The notes under the pieces are model-generated. The model had not been told where the DNA came from and made no database searches. It worked only from the letters and a program-made list of their open reading frames with translations. A program made the translations under genes and the position numbers. From the NCBI GenBank assembly GCA_040954595.2, contig CM082597.2, forward strand, positions 5,957,244 to 6,021,243: a stretch of 64,000 nucleotides of DNA, written 5' to 3'. This stretch comes from Balanoglossus misakiensis. Lineage: Eukaryota > Animalia > Hemichordata. Below, in pieces: positions 11,305 through 22,800 of this stretch (the first letter of the stretch is position 1; each line of letters begins with the position of its first letter).

Positions 11305-11388
11305 ATGCCCAAGAGTGGAAATGGGAAACAACCCATGAGTCCGAAACATGAGTCTGCAAATTCTGATGAACAGGATACCACGGAGCAG
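11305..11388 (+). CDS. FAM111-like gene, putative first coding exon (MPKSGNGKQPMSPKHESANSDEQDTTEQ)
   Basis: ATG at 11305, donor CAG|gtaggg, phase 0 compatible with the next exon. Confidence 0.45.
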
Positions 11389-11695
11389 GTAGGGACATGT
11401 GTTGATATTGAACACTTAGTTTGGTGTATATCAACGGCACTGAAAGACTGGCATACAAGTCGTACAGGGGCGAATTCTCTCTGTGTATAGATACTGACAT
11501 TCTGCATATGAACAGTACTTATACTGTCCTGTAACCACAAACCCACAAGATTAAAACGTAAAGTGAACAACCGCAGTGAACATGAAGCTATGTTTATAGT
11601 CGTTATTAAGCCAAATTCGATGAAATTAATGCATGTGTTTTTACAATCAACTTTGAGTAGTATGAATTGTTCGACAAACATTGTCAATATATTAA

Positions 11696-11992
11696 AGGGA
11701 CAAAGTCTCTCTCTCTGCCCTTTCCCATTAATTTTGTTTGGTACAAGACACTTTACATGCTTTATGTTATTCTACTTGTAGACACAAGAGTCAAAAACCC
11801 ATCAAAATGAATAATGGGTGTTTACCATTTATTCATTTTGGGCGCGTTTCCACTCATATTCTACAAACGGGATGGAAGGTGTGTGTGGTAGAACGTTGAT
11901 TCACTATATATCCACATGTAGAATAACATAAATGGTGTCTTATAGCAAACATGATTCATGGAAAAGGGCAGCGAGAGAGAGACTTTGTCCCT
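11696..11992. mobile_element. Same Kolobok-like MITE family, copy 2 (internally deleted)
   Basis: ttaa|agggacaaagtctctctc ... gagagagactttgtccct|ttaa; shares internal sequence (tatatccacatgtagaataacataaa) with copy 1. Confidence 0.8.
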
Positions 11993-12115
11993 TTAAACAT
12001 TAAACATTACTTTGTCACCTACAAGTTCAACACCACTTGATGGTCTTCTAAAACTGAGTGTCCATTATATAGGTCTCAGAATACGTTTAACACGTTGTCG
12101 TCGCTTTCTTCATAG

Positions 12116-12176
12116 AGCATTGCTCCCTCAACGTCTTCAGCAGCGCAGAACATGGGTGAATCTACCACAGACTTGG
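12116..12176 (+). CDS. FAM111-like gene, small internal exon (SIAPSTSSAAQNMGESTTDL)
   Basis: Acceptor ctttcttcatag| and consensus donor G|gtaagt; phase 1 joins in frame with the exon at 12674. Confidence 0.6.
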
Positions 12177-12255
12177 GTAAGTAGTGTTCCACACATTAAA
12201 GAATATGTCTGGTGTGTTGATGTCGTATAGCCAAATGTTTGTTATTTTGTCTTAA

Positions 12256-12597
12256 AGCCTCTATAGCTGCCACATTTTGCATTATTTTTTATGATTTTAT
12301 TTTCAAACTTAGATTGGTGCATCGAAATAAGCTTACTTATACATGAACATCTTACCAATGTTCATGTATGTTGTATGTTGCAATTTGAACACGCTATGTA
12401 TTAAATAGGTGCCGCACCGATTTAATCAGCCTCCATACAAACAGTACGCAGCTATCGTGGTGTGCGTCGCCAAGCGAATGCAAACTGATGCAAATACAAG
12501 TAATATGGCTTAATGGTGAGGATTTTAAAGGATAGGGAATAGATCGGAAGTATTTTAGCATGGAAAAAATATTTGAAATTTCGCAGCTCTAGAGGCT
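12256..12597. mobile_element. Second Kolobok-like MITE family with TTAA TSD
   Basis: ttaa|agcctctatagctgc ... gcagctctagaggct|ttaa: 14/15 TIR match. Confidence 0.7.
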
Positions 12598-12673
12598 TTA
12601 ATAGTGGTGTGGCAATTACCAGCAAAGCACCCAATGAATTGTATGCGTTAAGGTTATTTTTTTAACAACGCAG

Positions 12674-14334
12674 ACTCTCAGGAAGAAATGGTACAGTTTG
12701 AAGCAGTCATCAAATCAAACAAGAATAATCCAGCGAAACAAGGAAGACAAAGTTACGCAGAATACATTCATTACACAATTGCTTGTGGAGGTTCGGTATC
12801 ACTCATGGAGGCTCCCAAAGAACACGAGACATTTAGGCGGAACAATCCTAACTTTGCTTATGGTAATATCTTCCCTGAAGTAAGGGGAGATGACAAACAC
12901 AGTTATATTCCAAATATTGGGGCCCCCTGTAAGCTTTTTCATGGTAAAACAGTTTACTATGATGTAAAAATCAGGGTTAACGAAACTCCTTCAAAACATT
13001 GTAGGCAGTTTGATAAAAAGGAATGGAAATCAGTCAGGGGACAGTTTTTCATTAGTATGAAATCAGAGCATTTGAAACATAAGATTACATATGTGGATAG
13101 TTCACATTACAAACACTTTGATTTGGGAGTTCCCTTTCTAATTGGTGAAACGCTTCGGGAAGCATTGATAAACGATGGCCGTTTCGAGAAAAGTGTCATC
13201 ACGGATGGAATTTTAAAAGAAGTTTCTGGCAGAGAGTCCATAATAAGTTTAGATGTACAGGCTAAAAATTATGAGAATCAGGTTCTGTACATACATTGGG
13301 ATAAAAAGAGTAAAGGGGAGAATAACAATGAAAATGGTAGCAGGAGCGGGTTGGAACTTCCCCGAGGTAGTACTAGTGATACTGATTCTACCACAGACGA
13401 GCTTAAGCATCTTGGTGAAATTGATGATCTTACTGCACTCATACGCGAAACCAACAAGAACCTGGATTTCTCTGACACAACCAAGACCAAAGAGAAAGTT
13501 GTATTGAATTTACTGTCGAAACCATTCAGTTCTACATTCACACCTTTACCTGTGGCAGTGATAAACAGATACCAACAGTCAGTTGGCATCGTGTATTGGA
13601 AAGATGTGAATGACATACTCCAGAATGGCACGTGCTTTGTGTTGAGCTATCCCTACATCATAACAAATCAGCACGTTCTCGATAAAATTAATGGGGATAG
13701 ACCTACACAGCCAGTAAAGGTCACATTCAATTTCACCAAGGATGACTTGGCAAATCAACCACAAGAAAATACATTTCTTCTGAAATGCCAGAATGACACC
13801 CCCGTGGTTCATTTTCAAAGTCCTGAGAAAGAATTAGACTTTGCAGTCTTGGAACTGCAGGTTGACGACAGAATGGAAACAGGGGCCGACATGCCAAGCT
13901 ATCCAGCCCTCGGTGCAAATGTAGCGTCCTTTCCAGAATCATCGTCTGCATTGAACATAATGGGTCATCCCTTCAGTCAACCGTTGCAGGTGGATGCGAG
14001 GTGTTCACTGAGAGTAAAGCAGCTGAAATATGTCCCCGTCTACTTTAAACTGGGTGGGATTAATGAACAGCAGGGCAGACAGGCAACTGCTCCATCTGCC
14101 ATAACATATGAGACCAGTATGCTTTTCGGTTCATCCGGGTCCCCTGTGTTTGATCCGGAAGGACGACTGGTGGGAATCCACACTAGAGGACTCTTCAGGG
14201 AAGGTGCTGTGCGCAGTGAATTTGAACAGGGTGTGTCCATACTGAGTATCAAAAGTGATATAAAAAATCAAGTAGATGAGTGTCCGAGTAAGGCAGGCAT
14301 TTTCGCCCGAATTTTCCCCATAAAATCCACATGA
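12674..14334 (+). CDS. FAM111: FAM111-like trypsin-fold serine protease, main exon
   Basis: 548-aa ORF with acceptor cgcag| at 12673. Family motifs NIGAPCKLF and GETLREALINDGRF; intact triad contexts GTCFVL..ITNQHV (His), ELDFAVLEL (Asp), MGHP, ITYETSMLFGSSGSPVFD (Ser). Confidence 0.9.
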
Positions 14335-15371
14335 GATTAAGAATGTATTGCACCCCAATGCATGGTGTTTTGGTTCCATTCTGTCATCAAACTCACACTT
14401 TTATGTCGTGTCAATTTTGATCATTTGAAACGTATTGTATCGCTGACGTATAATAGGAGGTACATCTTAAGTGACAATCTCCTCTCTTCAAATAATGGTA
14501 TCTTTTTAGTTTGTAATCTTTCTTTTGCAGAGGGGTGTTTTAGACTTGTATTTTAGTTTATTTAATAACTTTTAATTGATTGATGCTTGCTACATGTATA
14601 TTAAATAACGCCAAGAAAATATGCATTTCCGGCTACCTGACGTTCCATATTCGAAACCTGTAAGCCTAACTTGTTTCACTACAAGACTAACCTGTTACAA
14701 GGAACACATAATTTTGACTTTAAATAGCAAGAAGTAATTGTATCTGGTAATAAACCTCCCATATTGCAAGTGTAATGTTTATGGTGAGGGGAGTTTTTGT
14801 TTTTACATGTATTTATTTTAATTGTCAACATTTTGTTCATTCAACACTTCATATTGTAAGAATGCAACTGTAGTTGTTTTATCCTTGTTCAACGTTAGTA
14901 GATGCAAAAACCTGTATTTTCTTTCACTAATTCTTTACATTTTGAGATGTTTATTATACAGTTGCTAAAAATTCACTATTTAGAGGGAGACATTATTTCT
15001 ATTACGATTTAGATTTTTTAGAATGATACTGTTTAGTTTTTGTTATACCCAGTATAGATTGCTGACAATATAACCACAACATTATTGTTGTTCACGGTTC
15101 GTTTGATTTATAGTTTTGAAATGTGATTTGCAGGGTCAAAGAGAACTTCTTTTTAGATTGTATTTCTAGTGAGAAAAGCAATCATGTCTTTGTATTTGTT
15201 TCTACAAATTTAGTCTAGAATCGTTTTTTACTGAAATCATTTTAATACTTTGACTTGTAGGACTAGAAATGTTTGCAATTGTGATTATTAAAACTATGAC
15301 AAAATAAATCGAATATGAAACCTCTGTTCACGATTTGTGCCGTACTGAAGTTATTTTTCATGAGTGGCAAT

Positions 15372-15508
15372 TCACAAACATATATGTAACGTCCCCTTAA
15401 ACCTTCTATAAATGGCTTCCATTGGAAATAGAACAGATCCCGCCAACATGCAAATTCCAGCCACGTAGAAAGAGAGGTCGTATGATCCCGTTACATCAAA
15501 TAAATATC
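15372..15508 (-). CDS. SLC16/monocarboxylate transporter-like MFS protein, last exon
   Basis: ttcacag|(G)YLFDVTGSYDLSFYVAGICMLAGS...CL-stop; typical MCT TM12 motif. Confidence 0.85.
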
Positions 15509-16031
15509 CTGTGAATACAAATAGAAAATTCAATGTCGGTCAATGGCAGGTCTCTGCTTGATCGAAAGATTATAAAAAATCATCAAACATAAGTCATCGT
15601 GCTCAATGAAATTGGTTCCAAAAAGTTTGGGGAATATGGCTGGCTGGTGTGAAATTTTTTACCTGCACGTTGTTAAAAACAAAATCACTTGGTGATATTA
15701 TCAATTACTTCCCTGAAAATAGAATATTACTATATTACCTCTTCCCTACTTAATGGAGTATCTGCGATGTACATTAGTGGTTACAAAGAATACATTTACT
15801 ATCATAACCCGCTCATTTATTTTTGAGTTTGCACATTAAAACTTAGCGGAGTTATCTTCGATAAAATGTGATGAAGTCATGGAAAGAAAATGAATTTATT
15901 CCTTCCAGCAACCCATTTCAAAAGTCAATAATCTGCTATAGATCTATATGTATAAGCTTACATTTTAAGAAACTTATAAATGTGCAAAATCTCAAAGGCA
16001 TCGTTATTTTCGGTATTTCTACTACTAGTAC

Positions 16032-16754
16032 CTGATAGAGGCGGACCCAGTAGGAAGGATGCTCCGGTGCATAACAGCAAAATGCCTAGAACTTCGGCAT
16101 ATCTTTTAGGACCACTGATTTGCTTGGTGATGACGAGGTCAAGAGCGGTGGTGATACCACGTGACAACCCCATGACGACAACTGCTGTCATCAGCAGTGT
16201 GTATGTGTTCGCAGCCGGAACCATGACAACAGTAACTCCATACACAGTGTAGCCCAAGCAGTGGATGTATAGTCGGTTTTCGCCTATACCGGCACAATCG
16301 ATGATTAGTCCAGCAGCGATAGACACCACACACATTAAACCACCTATGACTGACATGAGGAAGGCTGCTTTCACTTCAGGTATGCCCATCCTGACGGCCT
16401 TGTCCACTAAATGCGTCAGAACAATACTATGTCCCATGACAGCCAAAATAGTGTAAACAATTGCTAATTGTATCCGGGGAATTTCCTTAAAAAGGACGAC
16501 CAAGAAACAATTTCTCTGCTTTTTCTTGACATCTGCTGCCGTTGGGGACTGTTCAGTGTTTGGGGAACTATAGTCTTGTTGCCCGGACAACTTGGTATTT
16601 CCGATACTACTATCACATACACTGTCTCGAATTTCTGTCAATGAATGAGCTTCATTCTTAGCTGGTGATTTGACTTTCAAATCCGTATTTATATTATCCC
16701 TGCTTGAATCATAGTTGGGCAGGTTACTTCCAACCTTGCCAACATCAACGCAGC

Positions 16755-16849
<95 letters not shown>

Positions 16850-16928
16850 AGTCCACCACGGCTGCCAACATCATCTATTATTTCGTCGCCGTCGCGGACA
16901 TCATCAACACCACCATTACCAACGTCGC

Positions 16929-16986
<58 letters not shown>

Positions 16987-17270
16987 GACCCCGGCGGAAA
17001 CATACTTGTCTTCTGCACTGGCGTCTGACGCCGGATATATCGACCGAAACAGTGCGGCACAAACACAGAGATTGGCCGCCATTCCCGCCAGTACCATCAA
17101 GGCACCTCTCCAGCCAAATTTTTCACTAAGGAATGCACACAGTGGCGGAATAGCAAATTGTCCCACCCCAGACCCACTGAACGCAATCCCACTTGCCATG
17201 CTGAAACGTTTCTTGAAATACTCTCCGAGAGTTACAAGTGATGCCACCTGATGTAGTCCAAACGACACAC
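16032..17270 (-). CDS. SLC16/MCT-like transporter, exon 3 (TM4-TM11 with long acidic loop)
   Basis: YFKKRFSMASGIAFSGSGVG, KFGWRGAL, LLGPPLSG motifs; catcag| acceptor and G|gtacta donor, phase 1/1. Confidence 0.92.
16755..16987. repeat. Two (CAT)n/(GAT)n coding microsatellites encoding poly-Asp
   Basis: Pure trinucleotide runs at ~16755-16848 and ~16929-16987. Confidence 0.97.
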
Positions 17271-17868
17271 CTGATGATGAAAGAAACGAGTAAATACATG
17301 TATTATGACAAAGGGCATGGCGTCTGTGATACATCAGTGGAGTGAGAAGACTTATCAGGTTTGGCGTGGTGTATTCAGCTTTTACTGGTCGCTTATTGGC
17401 CAAGCTATTTTTACTGTTTTGCAAATTGTGATACAGCATTTAGTCGTTTCCTCATTGTATATGTATAGGCAAAAATGATTGAAATGGTGCGAGAGCCAAT
17501 AATTATCATAAACAAGACATTGATGATTAATATGTTAAATATTATGCAAATAGTTGGATAAGTAGTGACGATCTGTGTGTTTGTGTTTGAGTTGTTCTAA
17601 CATAAGTCTGTTAAACATATCTTTAGGAAAAAGCTTTCCTGGTTAAGTAGATGTGAACTTGTTAACATATACATTTCATCATGAAACAAATTTACATATT
17701 TGACATATATCACCACACGATAGACAGCGATAATATTTTCCGATAATTTAGTGAATACTATAAGCCTTTGGCTGTTAATAACACTTTTTATCTCAAACTA
17801 GCTTGGAGCCCAGGGTTGCCCGTGGCTCAGTTAGAGGGAAGTGTCATAAGTATAGAGTTCTCGATTAC

Positions 17869-18009
17869 CTGTGACTCCAAAACTGATACAGAGATATATC
17901 GGACTTGTTGCAAACGCACTCGCAATAAATGACACACAGGACAACACACCAGCAACCATTGCGACACGTCGGTTGCTGTATCTCTTGCAAAGAAACCCAG
18001 CAAAAGGAG
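17869..18009 (-). CDS. SLC16/MCT-like transporter, exon 2
   Basis: (A)PFAGFLCKRYSNRRVAMVAGVL MFS motif-A region; cag| and G|gtaatc, phase 1/1. Confidence 0.9.
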
Positions 18010-18188
18010 CTGTATACAATGGAAGACATTAATAACATATATTTTAATGCAGACTGTTAGAATTACGCCAAAGGTCACATTGGTTGGTATTCAAAGTATA
18101 AGTTAGTCTTCCTTGAAAATGTAGTTTTAGCTCCCATGTCGTACATGCATATACCCAACGTATCCAATCAGTCGGCATTCATTTTCTT

Positions 18189-18494
18189 TATGTATGTATG
18201 TATGTATGTATGTATGTATGTATGTATGTATGTATGTATGTATGTATGTATGTATGTATGTATGTATGTATGTATGTATGTATGTATGTATGTATGTATG
18301 TATGTATGTATGTATGTATGTATGTATGTATGTATGTATGTATGTATGTATGTATGTATGTATGTATGTATGTATGTATGTATGTATGTATGTATGTATG
18401 TATGTATGTATGTATGTATGTATGTATGTATGTATGTATGTATGTATGTATGAATGTATGTATGTATGTCTGTATGTATGTCTGTATGTCTGTC

Positions 18495-18526
<32 letters not shown>

Positions 18527-18714
18527 TGTATGTATGTATGTATGTATGTATGTATGTATGTATGTATGTATGTATGTATGTATGTATGTATGTATGTATG
18601 TATGTATGTATGTATGTATGTATGTATGTATGTATGTATGTATGTATGTATGTATGTATGTATGTATGTATGTATGTATGTATGTATGTATGTATGTATG
18701 TATGTATGTATGTA
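18189..18714. repeat. (TATG)n tetranucleotide microsatellite, intron 1 of transporter
   Basis: ~525 bp, nearly pure, with a short interrupted patch near 18450-18500. Confidence 0.98.
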
Positions 18715-18803
18715 CGAAACTATACTGAACATGTCAATTTGTATTGTAGGGCAATCAAGGGAATGTGGCGAGAACAGTAAGCAAACATACAAAGTCCAAG
18801 TAC

Positions 18804-19050
18804 CTGTAATGTAAAGAGCTGTCTGGTGTGAAGATATGATCCACGAAGTTATCGAGGCAGTCGAATCGAAATAATGCAGAAAACTGATAAACAGTACCGC
18901 CATGGAGCCAGATACACCGCGCAGGATCAACGCTGACACAAAATTTGCAGCCATAACTACCCATGCCCAGCCAACATCCTGTGATTGCTCCAACCACCTT
19001 GGTCTCGCTGCGCCGCCCGGGAACCGAGTGATTTCACGTACAGACGCCAT
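18804..19050 (-). CDS. SLC16/MCT-like transporter, exon 1
   Basis: DVGWAWVVMAANF (MCT DGGWGW-type motif), TSWIIS; donor G|gtactt. Spliced CDS is 1764 nt, 587 aa. Confidence 0.9.
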
Positions 19051-19702
19051 TCTTCGCTGACAGCTACTTATATCATATATATTTACAGCCTAAGTTCCGG
19101 TGTCCAAACCATACTCCACTAAAAGAGCTGGTGTGAAGTGACAGCGCCGTGGTGCTAATCTTTGGCTGTAAACCAACTCCTCAATACTGACAAACAGTGT
19201 GCCCAGAAGGCTCATATGTAAATTAATGTTCCTTTCTATCTTGTGACCTAGGCCCTACTTCGAGCAAACACTAGAGCTGTGATTTCATGCATGTAGTCAT
19301 AAAGTTCCTGAAGGGGTCAACCACAGTTTATGACGGGGTCGACAACATCACGTGGTATTTGCATCATTCAACATAACATCTTCTTATTTGCCGTCATAAA
19401 CTTGAAACAATAACACGATGTAGCTATTAATTAACATAATGAACAGTCAACATGACAGTCCCATAGATTTTGAGCAAAACAGTACAGCTACATTGATATT
19501 TACATTGCATCCTCAGATTTGGTATTATAATTCATAGTACATTATGTAAATTGCCACAACCGCTACAACATGTTTTCTGTTCAAGTATTAATGTTATGAT
19601 GACATAGTTTAACACCAGACATAAACTAAGCATGTTCCACTGTAGTTATTTTCCAATATCGCTGTTCTGTGTTATTAAATATGGGCTAAGCAACTTGACC
19701 AA

Positions 19703-19805
19703 ATGGGTTATAGCTCATGAAAATGATCCAAAAATGATAATTTTTTGACTTTGCGAAAGTCAAAAAATTGTCATTTCTGGATGATTTTCATGAGCTATAA
19801 CCCAT
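19703..19805. repeat. Hairpin at left edge of satellite (inverted half monomer plus forward half monomer)
   Basis: atgggttatagctcatgaaaat...gacttt-gcg-aaagtc...attttcatgagctataacccat. Confidence 0.9.
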
Positions 19806-22800
19806 GGTTTTTATCAAAAAATGACCAAATTTTGAAATTTTGCGAAGTCGAAACATTGACATTTCTGGATGATTTACATGAGCTATAACCCATGGTTTTT
19901 AACGAAAAACCACCAAATTTTGAAATTTCGCGAGGTCGAAAAATTGACATTTCTGGATGATTTTCATGAGCTATAACCCATGGTTTTTAACGAAAAACCA
20001 CCAAATTTTGAAATTTCGCGAGGTCGAAAAATTGACATTTCTGGATGATTTACATGAGCTATAACCCATGGTTTTTAACGAAAAACCACCAAATTTTGAA
20101 ATTTCGCGAAGTCGAAAAATTGACATTTCTGGATAATTTTCATGAGTTATAACCCATGGTTTTTAACAAAAAATGACCAAATTTTGAAATTTCGCAAAGT
20201 CGAAACATTGACATTTCTGCATGATTTTCATGAGCTATAACCCATGGTTTTTATCGAAAAACCACCAAATTTTGAAATTTCGCGAGGTCGAAAAATTGAC
20301 ATTTCTGGATGATTTTCATGAGCTATAACCCATAGTTTTTATCAAAAAATGACCAAATTTTAGAATTTCGCGAAGTCGAAAAATTGACATTTCTGGATGA
20401 TTTTCATGAGCTATAACCCATGGTTTTTATCTAAAAACGACCAAATTTTGAAATTTCGCGAGGTCGAAAAATTTACACTTCTGGATGATTTTCATGAGCT
20501 ATAACCCATGGTTTTTATCAAGGAATGACCAAATTTTGAAATTTCGCGAGGTCGAAAAATTGACATTTCCGGATGATTTTCATGACCTATAACCCATGGT
20601 TTTTATCGAAAAACCACCAAATTTCTAAATTTCGCGAGGTCGAAAAATTGACATTTCTGGATGATTTTCATGAGCTATAACCCATGGTTTTTATCTAAAA
20701 ACGACCAAAATTTGAAAATTCGCGAAGTCGAAAAATTGACACTTCTGGATGATTTTCATGAGCTATAACCCATGGTTTTTATCAAAAAACCACCAAATTT
20801 TGAAATTTCGCGAGGTCGAAAAATTGACATTTCTGGATGATTTTCATGAGCTATAACCCATGGTTTTTATCGAAAAACCACCAAATTTTGAAATTTCGCG
20901 AGGTCAAAATATTGACATTTCTGGATGATTTTCATGAGCTATAACCCATGGTTTTTATCGAAAAACCACCAAATTTTGAAATTTCGCGAGGTCGAAAAAT
21001 TGACATTTCTGGATGATTTTCATGAGCTATAACCCATGGTTTTTATCGAAAAACCACCAAAATTTGAAAATTATCGAAGTCGAAAAATTGACACTTCTGG
21101 ATGATTTTCATGAGCTATAACCCATGGTTTTTATCAAAAAACCACCAAATTTTGAAATTTCGCGAGGTCGAAAAATTGACATTTCTGGATTATTTTCATG
21201 AGCTATAACCCATGGTTTTTATCGAAAAACCACCAAATTTAGAAATTTCGCGAGGTCGAAAAATTGACATTTCTGGATGATTTTCATGAGCTATAACCCA
21301 TGGTTTTTATCGAATAACCACTAAATTTTGAAATTTCGCGAGGTCGAAAAATAGACATTTCTGGATGATTTTCATGAGCTATAACCCATGGTTTCTATCG
21401 AAAAACCACCAAATTTTGAAATTTCGCGAGGTCGAAAAATTGACATTTCTGCATGATTTTCATGAGCTATAACCCATGGTTTTTATCGAAAAACCACCAA
21501 ATTTTGAAATTTCGCGAGGTCGAAAAATTGACATTTCTGGATGATTTTCATGAGCTATAACCCATGGTTTTTATCAAAAAACCACCAAATTTTGAAATTT
21601 CGCGACGTCGAAAAATTGACATTTCTGGATGATTTTCATGAGCTATAACCCATGGTTTTTATCAAAAAACCACCAAATTTTGAAATTTCGCGAGGTCGAA
21701 AAATTGACATTTCTGGATGATTTTCATGAGCTATAACCCATGGTTTTTATCGAAAAACCACCAAATTTTGAAATTTCGCGAGGTCGAAAAATTGACATTT
21801 CTGGATGATTTTCATGAGCTATAACCCATGGTTTTTATCTAAAAACGACCAAAATTTGAAAATTCGCGAAGTCGAAAAATTGACACTTCTGGATGATTTT
21901 CATGAGCTATAACCCATGGTTTTTATCAAAAAACCACCAAATTTTGAAATTTCGCGAGGTCGAAAAATTGACATTTCTGGATGATTTTCATGAGCTATAA
22001 CCCATGGTTTTTATCGAAAAACCACCAAATTTTGAAATTTCGCGAGGTCGAAAAATTGACATTTCTGGATGATTTTCATGAGCTATAACCCATGGTTTTT
22101 ATCGAAAAACCACCAAATTTTGAAATTTCGCGAGGTCGAAAAATTGACATTTCTGGATGATTTTCATGAGCTATAACCCATGGTTTTTATCGAAAAACCA
22201 CCAAATTTTGAAATTTCGCGAGGTCGAAAAATTGACATTTCTGGATGATTTTCATGAGCTATAACCCATGGTTTTTATCGAAAAACCACCAAAATTTGAA
22301 AATTATCGAAGTCGAAAAATTGACACTTCTGGATGATTTTCATGAGCTATAACCCATGGTTTTTATCAAAAAACCACCAAATTTTGAAATTTCGCGAGGT
22401 CGAAAAATTGACATTTCTGGATGATTTTCATGAGCTATAACCCATGGTTTTTATCGAAAAACCACCAAATTTTGAAATTTCGCGAGGTCGAAAAATTGAC
22501 ATTTCTGGATGATTTTCATGAGCTATAACCCATGGTTTTTATCGAAAAACCACCAAATTTTGAAATTTCGCGAGGTCGAAAAATTGACATTTCTGGATGA
22601 TTTTCATGAACTATAACCCATGGTTTTTATCGAAAAACCACCAAATTTTGAAATTTCGCGAGGTCGAAAAATTGACATTTCTGGATGATTTTCATGAGCT
22701 ATAACCCATGGTTTTTATCGAAAAACCACCAAAATTTGAAAATTCGCGAAGTCGAAAAATTGACACTTCTGGATGATTTTCATGAGCTATAACCCATGGT

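Noticed and set aside
16689-17251. Poly-His, poly-Ser and poly-Met ORFs
   Set aside because: Alternative frames of the (CAT)n microsatellite.
18127-18814. YIHT/MYVC repeat proteins
   Set aside because: Read-through of an intronic (TATG)n tract; the real exon ends at the donor at 18804.
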